From Candidatus Hadarchaeota archaeon (GTDB lineage: Archaea > Hadarchaeota > Hadarchaeia > Hadarchaeales > JAGGTB01): a stretch of 64,000 bases of DNA. The notes under the pieces are model-generated. The model made no database searches and was not told the DNA's origin. It saw nothing but the letters and a program-made list of their open reading frames with translations. A program made the translations under genes and the position numbers. Shown piece by piece: positions 56,972-64,000 of the stretch (positions within the stretch are counted from its first letter, which is position 1; every line of letters starts with the position of its first letter). Location: the NCBI GenBank assembly GCA_964384105.1, contig CAYLJV010000001.1, positions 32,001 to 96,000 on the forward strand, given 5' to 3'.

Positions 56972-58075
56972 CTAATAGATTATCCTATTTAATTGTTCTT
57001 TTTCTATACCTTTTTTTATTTCCCTAGCTATTCTTCGTCCTGTGGACATAGGCTCGTCGAAGAGATAAGGGGAGTAGGGGGAACCCATGGGGAAAAGATT
57101 AGTCCCTGCTACTATTCTTCCAGAAATTTCGAAAACAGTGAATCCTCTATTAGGATGATAGATGGTTTCTAAACAAAAAGGACCGATTATACCGGGATCA
57201 AAAAGCTCTTTAGAAGCCTTGACTACACCAGTTGCTATTTCTATTAGGTCTACTAGGTACTTTTCCCTTACTATCAGAGGTTCGTTTCCGGTTACGGAAT
57301 AGTCAAAAAATTCAGATGGTATATCGGGTAAAGCCCTATAGCTTTCATCTATTGGCTCTATCCTTCTGTCCATTCCAAGTATTTCAATGGCACCGTCTTC
57401 TACTTCGGCTCCTCTTTTGTCTAATATTGAAAAGAAGTAGTGAGGGTAATATCTGACTCCTGGAACAAATTCTTGTATAGTTGCGTCTTTTGCTTCCGTT
57501 TCTGTTATTAACCCCTTTTCCAGTTTATCCTGAAGTTTTTCTTCGAAATCTTCGGGTGATCTGGCTGTAAAGAAGCCTCTTCCCCCTTTTGCCCCACTAA
57601 ATTTAACAAATACTCTCTGGTTTATCTCCGAAGGTTTTTCATATAGTTTGGGTATTTTAACTCCCGCTTTTTTCAACCATTCCCTCTGTTTTTTTCTCTT
57701 TCCCTCCCACTTTAGCGATCCTCTGTTTCCGAAGATCGGTACTTTAAAACTTTTTAGAAGGTTTTCTGCTCCGATGTATTCTACGAATGATCCATGTGGT
57801 ATCATTATGGTATTTTTCTCAAGTAATTTCCTTTGGTTCTCTTCTTCTAATATTTCGTTGAATTTTTCTACTATCATGAATTCGTCTGCTTTCGCTTTTG
57901 GAAAAGAACTGTACGCTTTTTTTCTTTCTTCGGGACATATCCCAATTGTTTTGAAACCCTCTAACTTTGCTCCATGTATAAGCTGAAGAGCAGAATGGGA
58001 GCAAACTACTCCGAGAGTGATATTACTTTTATCGTAATCAGAAAGAGCCTCTTCAATTTTCTTTTTTTCTATCAT
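56972..58075 (-). CDS. purP: Formate-dependent FAICAR synthase PurP
   Basis: CSHSALQ, IPHGSFVEY, GAKGGRG, VTGN.P...RE, IGPFCLE, FEISGRIVAGTN, MSTGRRIA. Confidence 0.9.
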   Translation of the reverse strand: MIEKKKIEEALSDYDKSNITLGVVCSHSALQLIHGAKLEGFKTIGICPEERKKAYSSFPKAKADEFMIVEKFNEILEEENQRKLLEKNTIMIPHGSFVEYIGAENLLKSFKVPIFGNRGSLKWEGKRKKQREWLKKAGVKIPKLYEKPSEINQRVFVKFSGAKGGRGFFTARSPEDFEEKLQDKLEKGLITETEAKDATIQEFVPGVRYYPHYFFSILDKRGAEVEDGAIEILGMDRRIEPIDESYRALPDIPSEFFDYSVTGNEPLIVREKYLVDLIEIATGVVKASKELFDPGIIGPFCLETIYHPNRGFTVFEISGRIVAGTNLFPMGSPYSPYLFDEPMSTGRRIAREIKKGIEKEQLNRIIY

Positions 58076-58153
58076 TCTACACAGAACCTTCTAACAGAAT
58101 TAATTTACTTAAACTTAATTAGTTTCTGTATCACATTTAGTAATTGTGATAAT

Positions 58154-59170
58154 TTGGGGAGTGTTAAAGACCTAGAAGTAATTGAAAATCCAACTCCCAG
58201 TTCTATAGGTCATGGTGTATTCTATTTTTCCGATAGATATTCAGTTTTTGATTGGGGCCGTATGCCCGTTGAGATAGATAGAAAAGGGGAGATTTTGGCT
58301 TTAATGGGAGCGTACACTTTTGAAATTATGGAAAAGGGTGGTATTAAAACTCATTATCGGGGTATGGAAGAAGATGGGGAGACAAAAAAGATTGATGATC
58401 TTGAGGGGCCATCTAAAATGATGCATGTAGATTTGGTAAATGTTTTAAAACCCGATTTTAAGGGAGATAGATACGATTATTCAGTATTCGTTGAACCGCC
58501 CGTTAATAATTATTTAGTTCCTCTTGAGATCATTTATAGGAATAGAATACCGATTGGTTCTTCTGCAAGGGGAAGATATAGTCCAAAGGATTTGAACTTG
58601 AACTTATCAGCTTGGCCGGAAGAGGCTGTATCTTTAAAAGAACCTTTAATAGAGCCCTCTACAAAGCTTGAGGAGCAAGATGTGTATTTAGATAAGAGTG
58701 AAGCTGAGGAAATCACTGGAAATGTTTCTATCCAGGAGATATACGATCTGACTAAGAGAGTAAACACAATAATAACGTCAAGAGCAGAAAAAGCGGAGAT
58801 GACTAACGATGATGGAAAATTAGAATTTCTTTATATAGGTGGTGACATCGTTTTGGGTGATGTGGCAGGTACCTTTGACGAGAACAGATTTACTTTTGAA
58901 GGATTTCAAGTGAGCAAGGAAGTTCTGAGGCAGGCATATAAAAAACATCAACCTGAATGGGTTGAAGAAGTGAAAGAGGCAAAGAAGAAGGCTAGAGAAG
59001 AGGGTATAAAAGATTGGAAAAAACTTGTTAGTTCCAAACCGTCTCCGTTGGGTATAGAGGATTTGGTAAGTGAGATGTATCAGGCTGGAGCTAATAGGTA
59101 TATCGGGAAAGAATTTTTTGATGTTAGAGATTTAAGTGAAGTAATTGGGGATATCAAATCTAGTATATGA
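58154..59170 (+). CDS. purC: SAICAR synthase
   Basis: GSVKD, FSDRYSVFDWG, PLEIIYRN, GSS, STKLE, DGKLEF, GTFDENRF, SKE; TTG at 58154 is the likely start. Confidence 0.93.
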   Translation: MGSVKDLEVIENPTPSSIGHGVFYFSDRYSVFDWGRMPVEIDRKGEILALMGAYTFEIMEKGGIKTHYRGMEEDGETKKIDDLEGPSKMMHVDLVNVLKPDFKGDRYDYSVFVEPPVNNYLVPLEIIYRNRIPIGSSARGRYSPKDLNLNLSAWPEEAVSLKEPLIEPSTKLEEQDVYLDKSEAEEITGNVSIQEIYDLTKRVNTIITSRAEKAEMTNDDGKLEFLYIGGDIVLGDVAGTFDENRFTFEGFQVSKEVLRQAYKKHQPEWVEEVKEAKKKAREEGIKDWKKLVSSKPSPLGIEDLVSEMYQAGANRYIGKEFFDVRDLSEVIGDIKSSI

Positions 59171-59234
59171 TAAAATTTTGAGATAGAGTTAAAATACTTC
59201 TTTGTTAATCTTAATCTGTGGTTCGACTTTGAGT

Positions 59235-59714
59235 ATGGAAAAAGTAATTGTAATAATGGGTTCCGAAAAGGATCTTGATTTTATTGAGCCTGCTATAGAT
59301 CTACTAAGTGATTTTGAGATTCATTACGAAGTCAGAGTCGCTTCGGCCCATAAAACCCCGAGGAAACTTTTGAGAATCATAGAAGATCACGAATCAGAGG
59401 ATTCTTTAGTTTATATAACGGTTGCTGGAAGATCTAATGCACTCTCTGGATTTGTTGACGCTAATACTTCTTTCCCCGTGATAGCTTGCCCGCCTTATTC
59501 GAATAAGTTTGGAGGAGCAGATATCTTTTCATCGTTGCGTATGCCTAGTGGGGTAGGACCTTTAGTAGTATTAGATCCAAGGAATGCTGCTATTTCTGCT
59601 TTGAAGATTCTTTCTCTTTGTAACTCTGATCTCTCGGAAAGAATAATTGATTATCAAAAGAAATTTAGGGAAAAGGTAGAAGAAAGTGACCAAAAAATTT
59701 CTGAACAAAATTAA
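59235..59714 (+). CDS. purE: N5-CAIR mutase/AIR carboxylase
   Basis: IMGSEKD, VASAHKTP, VAGRSNALSG, PVIACPP, SSLRMPSGV. Confidence 0.95.
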   Translation: MEKVIVIMGSEKDLDFIEPAIDLLSDFEIHYEVRVASAHKTPRKLLRIIEDHESEDSLVYITVAGRSNALSGFVDANTSFPVIACPPYSNKFGGADIFSSLRMPSGVGPLVVLDPRNAAISALKILSLCNSDLSERIIDYQKKFREKVEESDQKISEQN

Positions 59715-59767
59715 TTTTGTCATCCTTCCGTTGAACCTTTTAGTACTCTGTTAAAATAGGTAACAAA

Positions 59768-61240
59768 ATGTTAGAAAATTTAAAAGAATCTTGCGGTGTT
59801 TTTGGCGCTTTTGATTATGAAGGAGGACAAGTATTTCCGTCTCTTTATTGGGCGATGATTTCTCAAAACCATAGAGGCCATCAATCTTATGGATTTACTA
59901 CATTTGACGGAGATTTTAAAACGAAGAGTGGATTAGGCCTTTTGCCAGTTACCAGAGATAAATCAGAGGATTGGTTTTGCGACCTTCCAGGAGATAGAGG
60001 GATCGGTCATGTTAGATATGCTACTTCAGGTGAAAGGGAAAAAATCGAAGATGTCCAGCCTTATATATGCAAACATGATGGGGTCAAAATTGCTCTCGGT
60101 TATAATGGTAATTTGGTTAATAATATTCAACTTAGAAAGGATTTAAAAGAGAGATTTGGTGGTCTCTCTTCGACTTCTGATACTGAGTTACTTTGTAAGA
60201 AGTTACTTGAAGGTTTGGAGGGCGGAGATCTTGTCTCAGCTGTCGAGTTATGTATGAAGGAAATCGAGGGATCATTTTCAGTCGTGGGATTAGATCAAGA
60301 TGGAAGGATGTTTGCATTTAGGGATCCATTGGGCAATAGACCGTTTTGTTATGGTAAGAAAAAAAACGGAAAGATACAGGCGGTATCTTCTGAGAGCGTA
60401 GGTTTGAGTATAAATGGTTTCGATTATTACGGGGAAATAAAGCCTGGAGAACTTTTGATTTTTACCGAGGAGGGTCTTCAGAGGGAGAGAGTTGTCAAAA
60501 GGAGGAAGAAGGCTTTCTGTTCTTTTGAGTATGCCTATTTTGCTCGTCCCGATTCGATATTTGACGGAAAACCAGTTTACAAAGTTCGCGAAGAGTTTGG
60601 GAAAAATCTAGCCAGAGAGAATAAAGATTTGGTCCAGAAAGCAGATCTTGTTCTTTCAATCCCTCAGACTGCGGATGATGCTGCGTACGGTTTTCATATA
60701 GAAAGCGGTTTGCCATGGGAGCGAGCTGTGAGGAAACATAGATACGTAACCAGCAGATCTTTTATTTCTCCTCCTGATAAAAGAAGCGAGATAATTGATA
60801 AGAAGATAAATGTCGATTGGGGAAGGATAAGAGGTAAAAATATCGCCGTTGTCGAAGATAGTATCGTGAGAGGAAGTACCTCTAAAGGAGTGGTAAAGAA
60901 GATGAAGAATGCTGGAGTTGGGGATATCTATTTATTCGTAACTTTCCCCCGCATCATTTCGCCTTGTTTTTATGGAATTGATATGACTACCTATAGAGAG
61001 CTTATTGGTTCCACCCACACCCCGGATGAAATTGCAGAGGAACTCGGAATAGAAAATGTTAGATATCAGTCTCTGGAGAGTTTCATAAAATCTACTGGCT
61101 TGAAAAGGAACGAGATATGCCTGGCCTGTGTTACTGAGGATTACCCTACCCCTTTAGCCCAAAAACTAGCTAACAAATTTAAATCTAAATTTGAAAGAGG
61201 AGAAAGGGAACCTGAAAGAATTTATGAGGGCGTGGTATGA
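59768..61240 (+). CDS. purF: Amidophosphoribosyltransferase
   Basis: ESCGVFG (N-terminal nucleophile Cys after propeptide), HRG, GHVRYATSG, NGN, CSFEYAYFARPDS, EDSIVRG. Confidence 0.96.
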   Translation: MLENLKESCGVFGAFDYEGGQVFPSLYWAMISQNHRGHQSYGFTTFDGDFKTKSGLGLLPVTRDKSEDWFCDLPGDRGIGHVRYATSGEREKIEDVQPYICKHDGVKIALGYNGNLVNNIQLRKDLKERFGGLSSTSDTELLCKKLLEGLEGGDLVSAVELCMKEIEGSFSVVGLDQDGRMFAFRDPLGNRPFCYGKKKNGKIQAVSSESVGLSINGFDYYGEIKPGELLIFTEEGLQRERVVKRRKKAFCSFEYAYFARPDSIFDGKPVYKVREEFGKNLARENKDLVQKADLVLSIPQTADDAAYGFHIESGLPWERAVRKHRYVTSRSFISPPDKRSEIIDKKINVDWGRIRGKNIAVVEDSIVRGSTSKGVVKKMKNAGVGDIYLFVTFPRIISPCFYGIDMTTYRELIGSTHTPDEIAEELGIENVRYQSLESFIKSTGLKRNEICLACVTEDYPTPLAQKLANKFKSKFERGEREPERIYEGVV

Positions 61241-62662
61241 ATGGCTGATATAATGGTTGTTGACGGAGGAGGAAGGGGAAATGCTATTGCCCATTCTTTT
61301 TCTAAGAGTGAAAATGTAGATTGTGTTTATGTTACTCCCGGAAACGCTGGTGTGTTTGAGTACGGCGGAAAGCAGGTCCAACTTGAAAAAGAATCGATGC
61401 AGGAAAGAATCTCGGAAATAATAGATAATGCAAGAGAACTTGATGTTGATCTAGTGGTTCCTGGACCTGAGGGTTGGATTTCTGCGGGTATAGTGGATGA
61501 ATTTAGATCAAGAACGGACATACCTATTGTTGGTCCCACTCGAGATGTCGCTTTCCTGGAAACCAGTAAATGTGATGCGAAAGATTATCTCAAGTCTATT
61601 GGAGTTCCGGTGCCGGAGTACAAAAACTTTGATGACCCGGCGGAAGCAAAGGAGTGGGCCGAGCAGTTTTATCATGATAATCCTGATAAAAATCTTGTTC
61701 CCAAAGCTGACGGAATTGCTGCAGGTAAAGGTGCTTTTGTCTGTGATTCTCTAGATGAGACCATAACTGCGATAGATCAAATTAGTAGTGAAGAATTTAA
61801 TGAGAAGTTCGATAATGCAGGGAGAAGGATAGAAATTGAGGAGAGATTGGATGGCCATGAGTTATCGTTTTTTGTGATAACTGATGGTGAAACAGCTAAG
61901 TTTTTTGGTACCGCCAGAGATTACAAGAGAAGATTCTCAGATCCTGATCATTTTTTCATAGATCGTTACTTCAATGGTATAAATCCTAATACGGGAGGAA
62001 TGGGTTCTTTTTCTCCGGAAGAGCTTGGAGAAGATTTGAAAGATAAAATAATGAATGAAATAGCCAGGCCGACGGTCGAGAATCTTGATGGTGAGTATCA
62101 AGGGATTCTGCATTTCGTCTTAATGGCTATGGAAGAAGATGGTGAATACCAGCCGTATGTTCTTGAGATAAATGCGAGGGACGGAGACCCAGAAGCTCAG
62201 TCTAGACTTCCAAGGTTAAAATCTGACTTGTACGATATATACGAGTCCGTGGTCGAAAAGGATCTTGATAAAGTTGAAATTGAATGGAAGGGTGAGTATT
62301 GTGTAGCGGTTTGTGTGGTTAGCGGCCGTCCTTGGAGTAACGGAAAGCCAGTTGAGGGATATGCAGGTTATCCAGGAGACTACTATAGCAAGCAACCTAT
62401 TTTCCTAAAAGGAAAGCAAAAGGAGAGAGTAGGTAAAGAAGGAATTGGGGAATACATTGATGGTTTTGTTTATCACAACGGCACAGATCTGCATAACGGT
62501 CATTTGAGGACTAGGGGTGGAAGGGTCCTAACTTTTGTGAATAAAGACGAAACTTTGAAGGAGGCAAGAGAAAAGGTATACAGAGATATAGAAGGGGAAG
62601 AAGGATCAGGTATACATTTCAGTTTTATGGATTATAGGAAAGATATTGGTGAGCAGAAGTAG
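61241..62662 (+). CDS. purD: Phosphoribosylamine-glycine ligase
   Basis: GGGRG.AI, PGNAG, GPE, LETSK, KADGIAAGKG, NTGGMGS, LEINARDGDPE, GYP, GGRVL. Confidence 0.95.
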   Translation: MADIMVVDGGGRGNAIAHSFSKSENVDCVYVTPGNAGVFEYGGKQVQLEKESMQERISEIIDNARELDVDLVVPGPEGWISAGIVDEFRSRTDIPIVGPTRDVAFLETSKCDAKDYLKSIGVPVPEYKNFDDPAEAKEWAEQFYHDNPDKNLVPKADGIAAGKGAFVCDSLDETITAIDQISSEEFNEKFDNAGRRIEIEERLDGHELSFFVITDGETAKFFGTARDYKRRFSDPDHFFIDRYFNGINPNTGGMGSFSPEELGEDLKDKIMNEIARPTVENLDGEYQGILHFVLMAMEEDGEYQPYVLEINARDGDPEAQSRLPRLKSDLYDIYESVVEKDLDKVEIEWKGEYCVAVCVVSGRPWSNGKPVEGYAGYPGDYYSKQPIFLKGKQKERVGKEGIGEYIDGFVYHNGTDLHNGHLRTRGGRVLTFVNKDETLKEAREKVYRDIEGEEGSGIHFSFMDYRKDIGEQK

Positions 62663-62664
62663 TT

Positions 62665-63483
62665 CTATTTAAAGTTCTTTTTTAGATGGTTTATCATAGA
62701 CTCAAATACTAATCTTCCATCTCCATATCGAGGTACTTTATCTCTAGCAGTCCAGTCTGGAAGATGAAGGCCATAGTAGGCTCGCTCTGGATGGGGCATC
62801 ATACCAAAAATTTTCCCACTGGGATTGCATATTGCTGCTATGTCGTCTAGAGAGCCGTTGGGATTTTCGGGATAACTGCCATCGGCGTATTCACCGTTCT
62901 CGTTGCAGTACCTAAATACCACTTGATCATTTTCATAAAGCTTTTCTAGCAGTTCTTTTTCCCTATCTTTTCTTAGGATAAATCTTCCTTCTTTATGGCC
63001 TATTGGTATGAAAATCTGTTCTTCTTTTTCTATCTCTTGAGAGAATATACAATTTTCTTTATTCACGTTCTTTAGGTATATCCATCTGCATTCATACCGG
63101 GCGGATTCATTGATTGCTAGAGAGGCTTCAGGAAATTCACTTATGCCTTCGACTCCGGGTAATAACCCGGTTTCTATCAGTACCTGAAATCCGTTACATA
63201 TGCCCATGATAGGTTTTCCGTTTTCGGCAAAGTGATATAATTCCTCTGCGAGCATAGTCTTGATTTTTTGAGCAAATACCGACCCAGCTCTTATGTGGTC
63301 TCCGTAGGAAAATCCACCGGGAATGATTAGTCCGTCGTAGTCGATCAGATTTTTGTCTTCCTTTAGCTGGTTTATCCTTATTATCTCTGATTCCATTCCT
63401 TCAAAGTCATCGATAGTTCTTTTAGTTTCTAGATCACAGTTGGTTCCCCCAACTCTAAGAATACAAATCTTTACGTTATTCAA
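62665..63483 (-). CDS. purQ: FGAM synthase glutaminase subunit
   Basis: GTNCD.E, PGGFSYGD, GICNGFQ, NPNGS, MMPHPER. Confidence 0.96.
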   Translation of the reverse strand: MNNVKICILRVGGTNCDLETKRTIDDFEGMESEIIRINQLKEDKNLIDYDGLIIPGGFSYGDHIRAGSVFAQKIKTMLAEELYHFAENGKPIMGICNGFQVLIETGLLPGVEGISEFPEASLAINESARYECRWIYLKNVNKENCIFSQEIEKEEQIFIPIGHKEGRFILRKDREKELLEKLYENDQVVFRYCNENGEYADGSYPENPNGSLDDIAAICNPSGKIFGMMPHPERAYYGLHLPDWTARDKVPRYGDGRLVFESMINHLKKNFK

Positions 63484-64000
63484 AATCAGTACCTCCTTTC
63501 CACGCTTTTCTCAAATCGGATAGTTTTGAATTAATCACTTCTTCGCCGTTTAGGCCTTTTATTCGGAGCGAATCTTCACCGTTTACTTTCCCTATTCTTG
63601 AAATAGTGCAGCCTTTCATCAAGTTCTCAAATTCTTCTTTTCTGTTTTCTTTGATTTCCATCAAAAATCTGCCACTTGTTTCTGAGAATAAAATAGAATC
63701 ATTTCTATTCAGGTTGGTCTTAACTTCACTAAGATCTATTTCTACTCCTAGATCTCCTGAAAACGTCATTTCGCTTATTGCTACTCCCATTCCTCCGTCC
63801 GATAGATCATGGCAAGATTTTACGAGTTTTTTATCGATTGCTTTTGGGATCAATTCGATTTCTTTTTTTATTTCATCAGTCCTAACTTTCGGCACATCTT
63901 TTCCTAAATATCCCATAGAACTATAGTATTCTGATCCCCCGAGTTCATCGTGAGTTTCCCCGATTAAGTAAATTGGATTCCCTTCTCTCTTTACTTCCAT
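63476..64000 (-). CDS. purL: FGAM synthase PurL, C-terminal part (truncated by window)
   Basis: LGGSEY, CHDLSDGG, LFSET..RF, IGKV. Confidence 0.93.
   Translation of the reverse strand: MEVKREGNPIYLIGETHDELGGSEYYSSMGYLGKDVPKVRTDEIKKEIELIPKAIDKKLVKSCHDLSDGGMGVAISEMTFSGDLGVEIDLSEVKTNLNRNDSILFSETSGRFLMEIKENRKEEFENLMKGCTISRIGKVNGEDSLRIKGLNGEEVINSKLSDLRKAWKGGTDFE

Noticed and set aside
57974-58153. 60-aa N-terminal extension of PurC, and similar extensions at 31839, 42490, 43452, 55659 and 59202
   Set aside because: Longest-ORF artefacts overlapping neighbouring genes or promoters; family-typical starts lie downstream
759-64000. Many 60-190 aa ORFs antisense to or overlapping recognised genes (e.g. 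1459-1833, 6900-7259, 34122-34685, 48967-49401)
   Set aside because: Shadow ORFs lying within well-supported genes, with no recognisable motifs
1-64000. CRISPR array, tRNA, rRNA, IS/transposase, integrase
   Set aside because: No spaced direct repeats, cloverleaf or rRNA-like tracts, or recombinase motifs seen by eye; intergenic gaps are short. A covariance-model scan was not possible

Overview
Gene-dense chromosomal segment from an anaerobic archaeon. Evidence: GGAGGTGA Shine-Dalgarno sites, TATA-like promoters, T-run terminators, RIO2, PurP, DacZ, F420 genes and acidic proteins. An MSBL1/Hadarchaeia-like lineage is plausible but is inference only. Contents in order: (1) the 5' end of a secreted, possibly S-layer-like gene; (2) a complete 14-gene mbhA-N Mrp-linked membrane-bound [NiFe]-hydrogenase operon in Pyrococcus gene order; (3) three small membrane proteins, one missed by the ORF track; (4) two giant membrane-anchored surface proteins with nested domains (lamin-tail, Kelch propeller, Ig-like); (5) two-subunit class I fumarase, DUF192, dacZ, GIY-YIG, rio2, trkH, ppdK; (6) a serine/glycine hub (class V aminotransferase and serA-like, divergent from glyA-gcvT-gcvPA-gcvPB) that ends in a ferredoxin-FrhB F420 oxidoreductase next to cofH, not in gcvH/lpd; (7) an uncharacterised catabolic cluster with two M24 hydrolases (Glu->Gln ligand change), two BMP binding proteins with class III signal peptides, DUF917, an ABC importer, an LLM reductase and a HapK-like barrel, followed by an aminopeptidase, AOR and MoaD; (8) serK-like kinase with gdh, recJ-like, nifU-C, serB; (9) a purine cluster (two purP paralogues, purC, E, F, D, Q, partial L). 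No rRNA, tRNA, CRISPR array or transposase was recognised. The two best candidates for an undescribed system are an F420/ferredoxin-coupled glycine-cleavage/phosphoserine route and the DUF917-M24-LLM-HapK import and catabolism cluster. All family calls come from motif recognition by eye, not database searches.
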